From contig NC_043014.1 in assembly GCF_006345805.1 (NCBI RefSeq), positions 3,286,001-3,350,000 on the forward strand: DNA of 64,000 nucleotides, read 5' to 3'. Under the pieces are notes generated by a model, which was not told the DNA's origin, did no database searches, and saw only the letters and a program-made list of their open reading frames with translations. This stretch comes from Octopus sinensis. Taxonomy: Eukaryota. Shown here one piece after another: positions 42,305 through 54,713 of this stretch. Every line of letters starts with the position of its first letter. Position 1 is the stretch's first letter. The position numbers and the translations under genes were made by a program.

Positions 42305-42420
42305 AGGTGGGCATGTCTGTGTAGTCATGTACATAGTGTGTGTATACCTGTATATGTGTGTCTGTGCGTGTGTGTGTGGCTGTGAGCATGTATGTGTGTG
42401 TGTATGCGTGTTTACAGGCC
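41090..42420. repeat. (TG)n/(TA)n microsatellites
   Basis: Read directly. Confidence 0.9.
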
Positions 42421-42495
42421 TTTCTCGTGTCTGGTTTTCTTTTATGACTCTGGCAGAGATTATTTTGACTTGGATGTTATTCGAATGTTCTTTTG

Positions 42496-42529
<34 letters not shown>

Positions 42530-42845
42530 GCAGCAGCAACAGCAGTAGCAATAACAACAACAACAATGACAAAAATAACAAGACTAAGACTAAGAGGCGC
42601 CAATGCTAGATACAGCAGCCAAAATCTCCCTCGAATCTCACCCTAAAGTGGACCTCAATTAGAATTCTAGGTTACGCAAACTAGCAAGTTAGGGGCTGAG
42701 TATTCCTCAGAGATGTGTATTCTGATCTTTTATCTTATTTTTTCTTTATGTCTTCTCTTCTACTTGTCTCAGTTATTAGACTGTGGCCATGCTCCTATTC
42801 ACACAAGCACACACACACACTTACACATTCACGCTCACGCACGCA

Positions 42846-42945
42846 NNNNNNNNNNNNNNNNNNNNNNNNNNNNNNNNNNNNNNNNNNNNNNNNNNNNNNN
42901 NNNNNNNNNNNNNNNNNNNNNNNNNNNNNNNNNNNNNNNNNNNNN
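42846..42945. other. Assembly gap (100 N)
   Basis: Exactly 100 Ns, a usual placeholder for a gap of unknown size. Confidence 0.98.
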
Positions 42946-43061
42946 CAAACGTTTCTTCTTGTGGTCAGCTCTGGAAACCTGGAAAAAAGCCAATGAAATC
43001 CTCAACCTCTCGCTCCAAACCAAACTCCCCGAAGAGAACGAAAATGTAACAATACCCGCAG
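42946..43061 (+). CDS. PKHD1L1: Fibrocystin-L-like, visible exon 1 (5' end lost in gap; start of G8 domain)
   Basis: KRFFLWSALETWKKAN..LPEENENVTIPAG; donor GTAAAA at 43062, phase 1. Confidence 0.8.
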
Positions 43062-43690
43062 GTAAAAAAAAAAAAAAGATCATTATTTTGGTTGCATAAA
43101 ATATATTCTAAACTTCTGAGGCAGCAGTCAAGGTGGTGCTCCAGCATGGCCGCAGCTCAGTGGTTGTATCAGATAAAAGTGTATGGCTACCTGTCGTCTT
43201 GTATATGTGCGTATGTATGTAGGTATTCGTGTGTGTGTGTGTGTCTGTGTCTGTGTGTGTGTGTCTGTGTGTGTGTCTGTGTGCGTGTGTCTGTGTGTGT
43301 GTCTGTGTGCGTGTGTCTGTGTGTGTGTGTGTCTGATTTGTCAGCTCCGTGTTTAGCCCCTTGTGGGTAGTAAAGAAATAGGTATTTCGTCTGTCTTTAC
43401 GTTCTGAGTTCAAATTCCGCCGAGGTCGACTTTGCCTTTCATACTTTCGGGGTCGATTAATTAAGTACCAGTTGCGCACTGGAGTCGATTTAATCGACTT
43501 AATACGTTTGTCTGTCCTTGTTTGTCCCCTCTGTGTGTAGCCCCTTGTGGGTAGTAAAGAAAAATATATTGTTCGAACAAGGGAATCTGGCACCCCCACT
43601 CAGCTCAAAACAATATCGACACACACAAAAAAAGTCTTATATTTCTTATCGTTTGCTTTTTTGTTTTCTTATTTTCTTTTTTTTTTTCAG

Positions 43691-43942
43691 GCATGTGGAT
43701 TGTTGTGGACATTGATCTACCGAAATTCAATACCATTTTCATCTACGGCCAGCTGGAGGTCAGTAACAAGTTGAGCGAAGTAACCATCAGCGCCAACTAT
43801 ATCCATATTGTTGGTGGACGTTTGATTGTCGGGTGGGAGAATGATCCCTACCCGGGCAATGCTACCATTGAACTAAGGGGCTCCCAACAGACACCGCAGT
43901 TCGATGTGAAATCTGGACCAAATATGGGATCAAAAGTCATAG
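43691..43942 (+). CDS. PKHD1L1: Fibrocystin-L-like exon 2 (G8 domain)
   Basis: ttttcag acceptor; MWIVVDIDLP..IYGQLE..IHIVGGRLIVGWENDPYPGNATIELRG..GPNMGSKVIG; GTGAGT donor. Confidence 0.92.
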
Positions 43943-44324
43943 GTGAGTTGGCTAAATTTTTTTTAGGGACTCAGGTATGTCTAGGAAGAGGGTTCCCTAT
44001 TGATTGGTTTACTGGCGCTATTAATAGTGTTGTTGTTGTTGTTGTTGTGGTGGTGGTGGTGGTGATGGTGGTGGTGATGGTGGTGGTGGTGGTGGTGGTG
44101 GTGGTGGTAGGGTGGCAGTTGTGGAGATGATAGTGGCGGAGGTGGTTGTAATGATAGTAGTGATGATGGGGTTAGGTGGTGGAGTTAGTAATTTTGGTAG
44201 CTGTGTTAGTGGTGGTGGTGGTGGTGATAGTGGTGTTGATAGTATCAGTATTGGTGGTGATTGTTGTAGTTGTAGTAGTAATGATGATGGTGTTGGTGGC
44301 GGCAGTGGTGGTTTGCAGTGGAGA

Positions 44325-44592
44325 CGTTGTAAATATCCTGTAACTATCAGAGCCACAGAACGCAACGTTGGCAATCTTAGAATGAAGGAGGCCATCTTAA
44401 TTAACAAGTTCAAAACTCATTAAACAACAAGGCTAGAAATACACGAGGCAGACTAATTACAATAACAACACTCGTCTGCGCATGTCACTTTCCTCTCGCA
44501 CATATTTAAAGAAATATAACAGCAGTTCTATGTCACCACTTATTTTCCCACTTGTCCTGATGTTGCGGTTTTAACCAGGAAATATCTAAGAA
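44325..44592 (+). mobile_element. Penelope-like element 3' end (GIY-YIG C-terminus plus degenerate hammerhead)
   Basis: VTIRATERNVGNLRMKEAILINKFK, frameshift, SLNNK resembles the PLE GIY-YIG terminus; CTGATGT..GAAA at 44557-44582. Confidence 0.65.
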
Positions 44593-44593
44593 A

Positions 44594-44957
44594 TCTTTAT
44601 ATATAAAAGAGAAGTTGTGTGTCTGTCTCCTCCGATTTAGATTCCTAACTACTCCCACATTTTGCGGTGCAGTTTAACCAAAACCGGGTATCTTATAGTC
44701 GTGATTCATATCGAGCTCTTCTGGGTATTAGCGCGCGTCTACGATGAGTCTACGATTAAAAAAAAATTTACCATAATTTTTTTCCATTTTAATGCATTTT
44801 ATTCGCTATTATATAAGGGAAGTAACTCTCTAAAGATGTCTACGATGAGTCAACGATTAAAAAAAAAAATTACCATCATTTGTTTTCCATTTTTAATGCA
44901 TTTTTTGGCTATTTTTTGGCTATAACTCTCTAAAAATGCTTATATAGTTATTTCCCA
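44594..44957 (+). mobile_element. Non-autonomous Helitron, 3'-truncated
   Basis: A|TCTTTATATATAAAAG start; colinear with 21708-22103. Confidence 0.82.
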
Positions 44958-45147
44958 AAGTAAAACATTAACTTGTTTTCAGTAGCTTTCTCATAATGCA
45001 CATCGTTTCCATATCGAGTTAGTAAGTTACGGTTATTTGTTGATGCCTTAAAACATTTTGATACATTTTCTCGTAGAAATGTTATACTACGCGTGTGCGT
45101 GTGCATATACATGCATTCAGATGTGCATACATACACATACAATATAT

Positions 45148-45184
<37 letters not shown>

Positions 45185-45367
45185 AACACACACACATTAT
45201 AGATATATATATATATATATATATATCTATATATATATATATATATATAAATATATAACGTGTGTGTGTGTATACACATGCACACACAACACACACACAT
45301 TCATGCGCATACATACATACATGCATATATACATACAACATACATACATACATACATATATATATAT

Positions 45368-45412
<45 letters not shown>

Positions 45413-45494
45413 CACACATACACACATATATATTATACACACATACACACACATGTTAATAATTATTTTTATATTTTTTTATTTTTAATATAAG

Positions 45495-45743
45495 GTGTGT
45501 TTGGTGGGCTTGACATGCATGCACTGAATCGGAAAGTCCTGTGGACACGCTTGGCTAGCACCGCCAAAATTGGTACAAAGAAGCTTGTACTGAAGGAAGC
45601 AGTCGACTGGAAACCTGGAGAAGAGATTGTTCTTTCATCTACGGACTACAATGCCTGGGAAACGGAAACTTTCAGAATTCAATCGGTTTCAGCAGATGGC
45701 ACCCAACTGACCCTCAATGCCACTGTGGCCCATCAGCATATTG
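45495..45743 (+). CDS. PKHD1L1: Fibrocystin-L-like exon 3
   Basis: aag acceptor; VFGGLDMH..WTRLASTAKIG..LVLKEAVDWKPGEEIVLSSTDY..ETETF; GTAAGT donor. Confidence 0.92.
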
Positions 45744-46020
45744 GTAAGTTGTACATGCAAAAGGCTGCCACAGTCCAGTAACTATTCGTGTATTGTTTTT
45801 GTGTTGGAGTAAAGAGTGTTTGCCAACATAACATGGCAGTCCTGGTTTAGGACGAATGTTGTTGTAATTGAGTCCCAGGAGACATCGTCTCCAGCTGCCT
45901 ATACGACATGATCTGTGTCCTTATATTTTCGAACAAGGAAATCTAGCACCCCCTCTCAGCTCAAAACAATATCTGTGTATCTGTGAATTTGGCAGCGCCA
46001 CCTCTAGCCGAACGATTATT

Positions 46021-46063
46021 CTGTGCTGATGAAGGGAAATAACCCGGAAATCACGATACACAG
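46021..46063 (+). ncRNA. Minimal hammerhead ribozyme motif, sense in intron 3
   Basis: ctgtg CTGATGA a ggg aaataa ccc g GAAA tcacga TA cacag; AUA site; 21-bp inverted repeat 45961-45981 / 46055-46075. Confidence 0.72.
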
Positions 46064-46194
46064 ATATTGTTTTGATAGTTCTTCAGAGCAGATTGGTTCG
46101 TTGCTTAGAGATAACAGCATATTTCGTAATGGTTATTGTGTTCCATTTTGAAGTTGTTTTAAATTGATTAAATGTCTCTTCTACAATATAACTA

Positions 46195-46611
46195 GGATCT
46201 TTTCGGTTTGAACGGCAGTTTTTAACATAATTTCTAGGTAACTAAACACTTTTAAACTTCGTATACTGGTAGAATGTGTTTATAAAACATCTTTTTCTCT
46301 TGACTTTATTGAGAAAATTCTATAGTTTGTAAGATATTTGTTGTTGTTTTTCTTCAATTTCTGCAATTTCAACCAATCAATGACGTCCCTTGAGGTAAAC
46401 AACATTCTGTGCCGCATGAATATATCCCTCGTTTAAGAAACAGATTGGGTTTATTTACATTTGTGAAGAAAAAAAGATACCTTTCCCCCCACCCCTAATC
46501 CTAACCCTAAAACAGACTGAAATGCAATAGATCGATACTAGGGTCATAATTATGGGTGACAATTTCATATGACACTGCTAGAAAAAACTGCCGTTCAAAC
46601 TGAAAAGATCC
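46195..46611. mobile_element. MITE with ~29-bp TIRs and internal CCCTAA-like repeats
   Basis: GGATCTTTTCGGTTTGAACGGCAGTTTTT / AAAAACTGCCGTTCAAACTGAAAAGATCC. Confidence 0.82.
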
Positions 46612-47094
46612 CTATTATATTTTCAAGTTATTCGCCAAAACATCAGACAGAATTTTTAGGCTTTGCATATTATAAAGCGTGGTGGAGAAATGAAATGATA
46701 GAAGGGAGATAAATGACATTGCTCAAATTTTTTTATAGTTTTACAATGCAAGAGTTATCTCCCTCTAAAAGAGTAATTATTTAACCGCAGGTAAGTCACA
46801 CAGGAGTAGATGTGGGACCGAAGGCGTTAACCGTAGCTCTTTCGTCTTATGTTTAGACACAATGATTCTAGGAATACAACATTTAATGTTCCTTTCAATA
46901 TTTAATTCACTATGGTGAGATAAGATGGATAAAAGGCTGCTATATCCGGCAGATTTGCGACCACAAACAGGTTTGCTTGTGGGATTATAAAAATGTAACT
47001 TGGAGGAACTCAATGAGGAAAGCGTTATGAGGGTCACAAAAAATGCTAGAAATAGCACTCAAATCTTTCTTTCATTACACCATCAAGAATGAAG

Positions 47095-47505
47095 AGTGAC
47101 TGTGTGGTAAGTAGCTTGCTTACCAACCACATGGTCCTGGGTTCACTCCCACTATGTGGCACCTTGGGCAAATGTCTTCTACTCTAGCCTCGGGCTGACC
47201 AAAGCCTTGTGAGTGGATTTGGTAGACGGAAACTGAAAGAAGCCCGTCGTATATATGTATAAATATGTGTGTGTGTGTGTGTGTGTGTGTGTTTATGTGT
47301 TTGTGTTTGTCCCCCCAACATCGCTTGACAACCGATGCTGGTATGTTTACGTTCCCGTTACTTAGCGGTTCGGCAAAAAACCCCCAAAAGAATAAGTACT
47401 AGGCTTACAAAGAATAAGCCCTGGGGTCAATTTGCTCGACTAAAGGCGGTGCTCCAGCATGGCCACAGTCAAATGACTGAAACATGTAAAAGAGTAAAAG
47501 AGTAT
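47095..47505 (+). mobile_element. SINE family A
   Basis: Colinear with 15449-15865. Confidence 0.85.
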
Positions 47506-48003
47506 AGTTTTACATTTACCTAAAGAAATTTTTAAATAAACAACCAGCAGGGTGGTCGCATGGGAATGTCTTTGAGTGCAGAGTTCAAATCCCGCCAAGT
47601 TCGATAAACAAAATATCAATCAAATAGTGGTAGAGATTCTTCACTCTCTCTCTCCCTCTCTCTTCCATCATTCCCTATTTGCTCTTCTCTCCTCCATCTC
47701 CTTCTTTCTCTCCCCCTCTCTCTCTTTATCTTTGCCTCTCTCTCCTATCTCTCTTCTCTTCTCCATCTCTGTCTTTCTCTCTGTCCCTCTCGCCTCTACT
47801 CTCTCTTTCTCTGTGTCTATCTTTCCCACACTCTCTCTTTCATCTTGCTCTTTCTCACTTTTCTCACTCTTTTTTTCGTTCCCTCCCTCTCCCTCTTCTC
47901 CCTTCTTCCTCTTTCCCTCTCTCCCCACTTCCCGCCCTCATTCCCTTTTTTTTTATTTCTCTTCATTCACATCATTCCTCTCTCTCTCTCTTCCCTCCGA
48001 CAG

Positions 48004-48174
48004 TCCACCAAGAGACCATCAACAAGAACCAAATCGAGATCGCAGCTGAAGTCGGCCTCTTCACTCGTAACATCAAGGTGATCGGCAAAGACTACAACAA
48101 CCTCTACAAGGAAATGTTTGGCGCCAGGATCATTGTTGGAGTGACACAAACAGAACAAGACAAAGTATATGTCG
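48004..48174 (+). CDS. PKHD1L1: Fibrocystin-L-like exon 4
   Basis: CT tract plus cag; IAAEVGLFTRNIKVIG..EMFGARIIVG; GTGAGT donor. Confidence 0.92.
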
Positions 48175-48664
48175 GTGAGTAATAATACGGGCTGCTGCTC
48201 TCATTCAGATATGGAAAATATTCTAACTTAATTTTACTCTCTCTCTCTGTCTTTCTCTCTCTTATTTCTCTTTCCTCTCTGTCTCTTCCTTGTTCTCTCT
48301 CTCTCTCTTATTTCTCTTTCCTCTCTGTCTCTCCCATGCTCTCACACACACATAGTACTCTCTCTCAATCCCCTTCCTCTCTCTCTCTCTCTCTTATTTC
48401 TCTTTCCTCTCTGTCTCTCCCTCGCTCTCACACATACGCGTTATCTCCTCCTTCCCCTTTCTCTCCCCCTCTCTCTCACACACACATACACACACACACT
48501 TTTCTCTCTCCTTGTCATTTTCTCTCTTCTCCCTTACTTTTCCTCTCCCTCCCACTCTCCCACTTTCTCTGCCTTCCTCTTCCTTCCTCTCATTCCCTTC
48601 CATTTCGCCTTCTTTTACTCTTTCTCCCTAACACTCTCTCTCTCTTTCTCTTTCTTCCTCCCAG

Positions 48665-48901
48665 GTTACATGCGACTTAGCAACATTGAGTTCTATCACT
48701 CAGGCCAATATGGTTGGACCGGCAAGAATGACCCACGTTACTCGGTGGCTTTCCATAATTTAGGCACAATAGACCATAGACTACGTCCTACATACGTGAG
48801 AAAGTGTGCGTTCCATAATGGCTTCTCCACTGCCATCGGAATTTACAACAGCCACAAGGTTCCTATAGAAAACAACATTATTCACCACACAATCGGATCA
48901 G
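48665..48901 (+). CDS. PKHD1L1: Fibrocystin-L-like exon 5 (beta-helix region)
   Basis: YMRLSNIEFYHSGQYGW..DPRYSVAF..YVRKCAFHNGFSTAIG..IENNIIHHTIGS; GTCAGT donor. Confidence 0.93.
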
Positions 48902-48975
48902 GTCAGTACAACAACTTCTCTTCATTAACAGGAACAGATTTTGATTTTACCATACCTATATATATATATGTGTGT

Positions 48976-49006
<31 letters not shown>

Positions 49007-49039
49007 AGAGTGTGTGAGTGTGTGTGTGTGTGAGTGTGT

Positions 49040-49083
<44 letters not shown>

Positions 49084-49084
49084 A

Positions 49085-49343
49085 GGCGGCGAGCTGGCAG
49101 ACACATTAGCACGCCGGGCGAAATGCTTAGCGGTATTTCGTCTGCCGTTACGTTATGAGTTCAAATTCCGCCGAGGTCGACTTTGCCTTTCATCCTTTTG
49201 GGGTCGATAAATAAAGTACCAGTTTCGCACTGGGGTCGATGTAATCAACTTAATCACTTGTTTGTCCCCTCTATGTTTAGCCCCTTGTGGGCAATAAAGA
49301 AATATGTATGTATGTATGTATGTATACAGAGAGAAAGAGAGAG

Positions 49344-49391
<48 letters not shown>

Positions 49392-49765
49392 ACAACGGTT
49401 ATCACAACGAGGATCCCAGTTGATCCGATCAACGGAACAACCTGCTCGTGAAATTAACGTGCCAAGTGGCTGAGCACTCCACAGGCACGTGTACCCTTAA
49501 CATATTTCTCGGGGGAGATTCAGCGTGACACAGAGTGTGACGAGGCTGGCCCTTTCGAAATACAGGTACAGCAGAAGCAGGAAGAAAGGGTGAGAGAAAG
49601 TTGTGGTGAAAGAGTACAGCAGGGATCACCACCGACCCCTGTCAGAGCCTCATGGAGCTTTAGGTGCTTTCATCAATAAACACTCACAACGCCCGGTCTG
49701 GGAATCAAAACCACAATCCTATAATCGCGAGTCCGCTGCCCTAACCACTTGGCCATTGCGCCTCC
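49085..49765. mobile_element. SINE family B (+, 49085-49305) and family C (-, 49394-49765)
   Basis: Match the other copies in the window. Confidence 0.85.
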
Positions 49766-49843
<78 letters not shown>

Positions 49844-49870
49844 AATATATATAATATATATATAATTATA

Positions 49871-49929
<59 letters not shown>

Positions 49930-49939
49930 CAGGATCAAG

Positions 49940-50200
49940 TTTTTTTTCTTTAAGATTCCACATCTTTTTTGTGCTTCAATTTAAGGTCCTTATATTTTCT
50001 AAATTTGTCCAAATCCTTTACAAATATATTTTTATTAGCGGAAACACAACTATTAGTCTGCAAATATTTTCTTCCTTGTCTTTAATAACTATGTCTGGTC
50101 AATTAACCAGGATCGTTTTGACAGTGTTGACTGGAAAATCCCAGAGGATAGTAACATTTTCACCTTCAACGACTGGCTCAGGATGATGGTCATGCCAGTA
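49940..50200 (-). mobile_element. Old R4/Dong-clade LINE fragment (restriction-like endonuclease region)
   Basis: ILWDFPV..PDIVIKDKEENICRLI..KYKDL..MWNL with frameshifts. Confidence 0.65.
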
Positions 50201-50357
50201 AGCAGGAGTACTGATCGGTAGGGTTTGCATATTTTCCAATGTCCCACCCAATTGAAGCAATTTATTATTTTGGTTTGGCTCAAATTTGGTCTTATTCCTG
50301 GTCAGATTTATGTGGGCCGTGGGTTATTATCTGTAACCTTAAGTATGCTCAAGTTTT

Positions 50358-50998
50358 AATAATAATAATAAAAACATTGTGTACAGTGCTCAGGTGCACT
50401 ACAACTCATCTAAAGTGTATGTATAATCAAGTGTAGTTTCGGCGGATTTCGGAAAGCATGAGGGCCTTAAAGGATGCAGTGTCATGGCAGTCAACAACTG
50501 ATGCAGGCAGTTTGTTCCATGCTTCAGCAACTCTGAGCGTGAAAAAATGTTTCCGAAAGTCATGGGAGCTGTGCTGTTTTCTGACTTTGTAGGCATGTCC
50601 ACGTGTGTTGGACACATGGAGATCAAAAAGGTGTTCAGTGTTGTTGTTGGTGAGGTGGTTGATAACTTTGTGGGTGTTTACCAAGTCCGTCGCCAGACGC
50701 CGGAGCTTCAGTGAATCCATGCCCAGGGAAACAAGGTGCTCAGAGTATGGTAGGTGTCTGATGGAGGGCATGCGTTTGGTTGCACGTCTCTGGACAGATT
50801 CCAGGAGGTCAATGTTCTGAGCAAGATAGGGGTTCCAAACTGATGCGAATTCCAAGTGTGGTCGTACCATAGCTGTATACAGTTTTAAATAGATGGCTGG
50901 AGAGCGGCTAACAAAAGTCTTGCTGAGTTATGCCAAGACACCCTCGGCCTTCTTGACAATTTTAGAGATATGCTTTGTCCAACGCAAATCACTGCTGC
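50358..50998 (-). mobile_element. CR1-clade LINE 3' end
   Basis: MVRPHLEFAS.VWNPYL..IDLLESVQRRATK..LRRL..DL..TRGH..K..RKHFFTLRV..WNKLP; (TTA)n tail. Confidence 0.88.
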
Positions 50999-51003
50999 AG
51001 TCT

Positions 51004-51205
51004 TTCAAGTGCTTAGGGCCCTCCTGATAATCCTTGCTCTTCTTAAGAGACAAACTTTCTGTAGGAGTTCCTCCAGGTATTCTATTTCAATCCCCTTCAG
51101 CCATTTGTCTATATCTTGCCTTACTGGCCCCCAACGCACCAATTGTTACAGGCACCACCTTTACTGTTCGCATTGCTCCAAATTGTTCCTATTTCAAATT
51201 TTAAG
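51004..51205 (-). mobile_element. R4/Dong-clade LINE C-terminal fragment
   Basis: VKVVPVTIGALG..KWLKGIEI..LLQKVCLL..ARIIRRALST. Confidence 0.65.
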
Positions 51206-51607
51206 GAATTGTATTCTTTGTTGTTTTTCGCCTCTTTCTTTACGAACTGGAATCAAATTATTATTATTATTACTATTATTATTATTATATTATTATTATT
51301 ATATTATTATTATTATTATATTATTCTTATGTTTGACTTTGCTTTAATTTGTACAAGTTGGCCCCAAGTCTCACCAGAGACCTCAAGAGAAACAGGTTGG
51401 ACGGTCACGGTCACTGTTGTTATGCCTAGTGTGCCATATATTTGTTGGTTTTTTTTTGGTGTTGTACTAGTGAATGTCTAAAAAAAAACGAAAATCATGT
51501 ATTATTATTATTATTACTATATTATTGTTATTATTATATTCTTCTTCTTCTTCTTCTTCTTCTTCTTCTCTTATTCTTATTATTATTATTATTATTATAT
51601 TATTATT

Positions 51608-51664
<57 letters not shown>

Positions 51665-51769
51665 TATTATATTATTATTATTACGATCATTATATTATTA
51701 TTATTATTATTCTTCTTCTTCTTCTTCTTCTTCTTCTTATTATTATATTATTATTACTATTACTATTAA

Positions 51770-51800
<31 letters not shown>

Positions 51801-51821
51801 TACTATTATTATTATTATTAT

Positions 51822-52632
51822 TCAGTAGTTTTATTTTTATAGCGTGCTTTCACTTCACTACCGAGCGGCAGCTCTGTGCCTTGGGTATGTGCTGTGATTT
51901 GTTGTGATGCTCTGATGGTTATTGTATGGAAAGTGTTATGCGTAGGATGTGTGCGTGCCTAGTAGTGCAATTTCTGTATGTTATATGTGTTTGTAAGTCC
52001 TGGTGTTTTTGTATGTATTGTCTGAATATTTTTTATCATGCCTAATGCACCTACTATGATAGGAATGTTTCTGTTTTCAGATTCCACATTCTAGTTACTC
52101 TATTTCCAGGTCTTTGTATTTGATAGTTTCTCCATTTCTTTTAGAGACACGTTGTCATCTGCGGGTTATTGATACATCAATTAGAAAGCATTTTTTTTCA
52201 TGGTTCTGACAACTATATCTGGTCTGTTGGCCTTAATTTCTCTGTCTGTGTGTATCGGCATATCCCAGAGTATGGTTGCTTCTCGTTTTCTGTGACCTTT
52301 TCTGGTTGTGTGCTTATACCATCTTTTTTCTGTTGTTATTCCATAATGTTGGCATAGCTTCCAATGTATGTAGGTTCCAACTCTGTCATGTCTGTGAATA
52401 TATTCCTTCTTAGCCAGGACTGGGCAGCTAGAGATAATATGATTTATTGTTCTTGTCCATCTCCACATATTCTGCAGTTATTTGTAATATTTCTTTTCAT
52501 ACATGTTTTTGGTAATTTCTGGTGGGAGGCTTTGGTCTTGTGCTGCAATTAAAAATCCCTCTGTTTTGCTTTGAGTCCTGAGCTTCTCAACCATTGCTGG
52601 GATTTTTCTTTGTCTATTTCTTTTGCGTTTAG

Positions 52633-52633
<1 letters not shown>
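51822..52633 (-). mobile_element. 5'-truncated R4/Dong-clade LINE inserted in (TTA)n
   Basis: HIISSCPVLAKKEYIHRHDRVG.YIHW; ILWDMPIHTDREIKANRPDIVV; (TAA)n on both sides. Confidence 0.85.
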
Positions 52634-52673
<40 letters not shown>

Positions 52674-52744
52674 GATTATTATTATTATTATTATTAATAT
52701 TATTATTATTATTATTAATTTATCATCATCATCATCTCTTACAG

Positions 52745-53119
52745 GAATTATTTCCAATTCTGACAACACGACACTATTAAGGAACTTGGTAGCACTAGTG
52801 ATATGTCCAGATGTCTACATACGGGGGCGGAACTTCAAAGGCGGGATCAAATGGCCGGCTGGCATTGAAGCAATCCGAGTAGAAGGACTCGATTTACGAC
52901 GTAACGTTGTGGCCGGCAGCCAACGCATTGGGTACCGAATGAACGGAGAATACTGTAGAGAAGTTTCTAGCTGGACGGACAACATCGTGAGAGGTGCTTT
53001 GCTTGGAATTGCAGTTTTTGATTTCGATGTCAGCCCCAAGAAAACCGAGTGTGTTAAATATACTGGCTTCCATGTTTCCCATTGTACAGATGTGGGCCTG
53101 TATCATAATAACGAACCAG
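52745..53119 (+). CDS. PKHD1L1: Fibrocystin-L-like exon 6
   Basis: acag acceptor; RNLVALVI..WPAGIEA..NVVAGSQRIGYRMNGEYC; GTGAGT donor. Confidence 0.9.
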
Positions 53120-53175
53120 GTGAGTCAGAAATTCTAAGGTGAAACAATCTTATCCCCGCTTTTTTTCTTTCCCTC

Positions 53176-53213
<38 letters not shown>

Positions 53214-53254
53214 CACACACACACATTTGTAAGTGTGTGTATGTGTATGTATAT

Positions 53255-53519
53255 GTATACTCTTTCTCTTTTACTCTTTTACTTGTTTCAGTCATTTTGA
53301 CTGCGGCCATGCTGGAGCACCGCATTTAATCGAGCAACTCGACCCCGGGACTTATTCTTTGTAAGCCCAGTACTTATTCTATCGGTCTCTTTTTGCCGAA
53401 CCGCTAAGTGACAGCGATGTAAACACACCAGCATCAGTTGTCAAGCAATGCTAGGGGGACAAACACAGACACACACACACACACACACCACACACACAAC
53501 ACACACACACATATATATA

Positions 53520-53576
<57 letters not shown>

Positions 53577-53787
53577 CGCAAATATATGAAACAAATCCAT
53601 TTAATTCATAGAGAGCAGAACGTGATTGTGTGGCATTCAAGCAGTTTTTTATTATTATTTGGCAATTTACTTAATCATCGATATATTATTGTTATTTTAT
53701 TTTAATATTTCTATATATGTAATTTTCTAGATGGTGTAATTTAATTGTTCATTTTTAATTGATAAAAGGTGGGTTTTTTTTTTTCTA

Positions 53788-53862
<75 letters not shown>

Positions 53863-53933
53863 TGTGTGAAATTTGATTTAGTATTTCTAAATTGAATTTC
53901 TTTCCCTGTAAGTTAGGATTATATTCCCTCAAA

Positions 53934-53983
<50 letters not shown>

Positions 53984-54134
53984 ACAGGTTTCTTTCAGTT
54001 TCCGTTTACCAAATTCACTCACAAGTATTTGATCATCCAGAGGCTATAGTAGAAGACACTTGCCCAAGGTGCCACGCAGTGGGACTGAACCTGGAATCAT
54101 GTGGTTGTGAAGCAAGCTTCTTACCACATCCACG

Positions 54135-54137
<3 letters not shown>
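53255..54137 (-). mobile_element. SINE family A split by insertions in its (TA)n
   Basis: Tail at 53255-53470 and head at 53985-54137; the intervening pieces match 2395-2510. Confidence 0.78.
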
Positions 54138-54197
<60 letters not shown>

Positions 54198-54285
54198 TAT
54201 ATATATATTATTATACATATATATACATACATACATACACACACATATATATATAATTTCAAGCCTTGTGCCTATAATAGGAAGG

Positions 54286-54338
<53 letters not shown>

Positions 54339-54374
54339 CATCATCATCATTATTATTATTATTTTTATTTGCAG

Positions 54375-54713
54375 GATTTATACTTGAGAACAGCATTTTT
54401 ATCGAGAACGCTTTGGGTGTGTTTCCATTTGTGATTGGTCCGCCATCTTTGACCCATCAGACCAGTTCCAAAGCAGTGGTCATCAGAAATTCAACCTTTG
54501 TTGGCCTTACCTCTTCGTACGACTGCTCCATTGACCGTCTCAGCAAAGATGACCCCAACATTGCCTATAGCAGCCTGTCTCGCTCCAACACAGATGGTTG
54601 GACAGTAGGAATTGATTGGCTAACGCGTACATCAGGTTCCAACAGAGCCCCTGATAAGCCATTCATTAATATTATGGCCTACCCTACCATCTCTGGAGTG
54701 ATGAAGATCCACG
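54375..54713 (+). CDS. PKHD1L1: Fibrocystin-L-like exon 7
   Basis: gcag acceptor; ENSIFIENALGVFPFVIGPPSLTH..IRNSTFVG..SGSNRAPDKPF..IMAYPTISG; GTAAGA donor. Confidence 0.92.

Noticed and set aside
46493-46510. Telomere-like CCCTAA repeats
   Set aside because: Only three imperfect units, inside a MITE.
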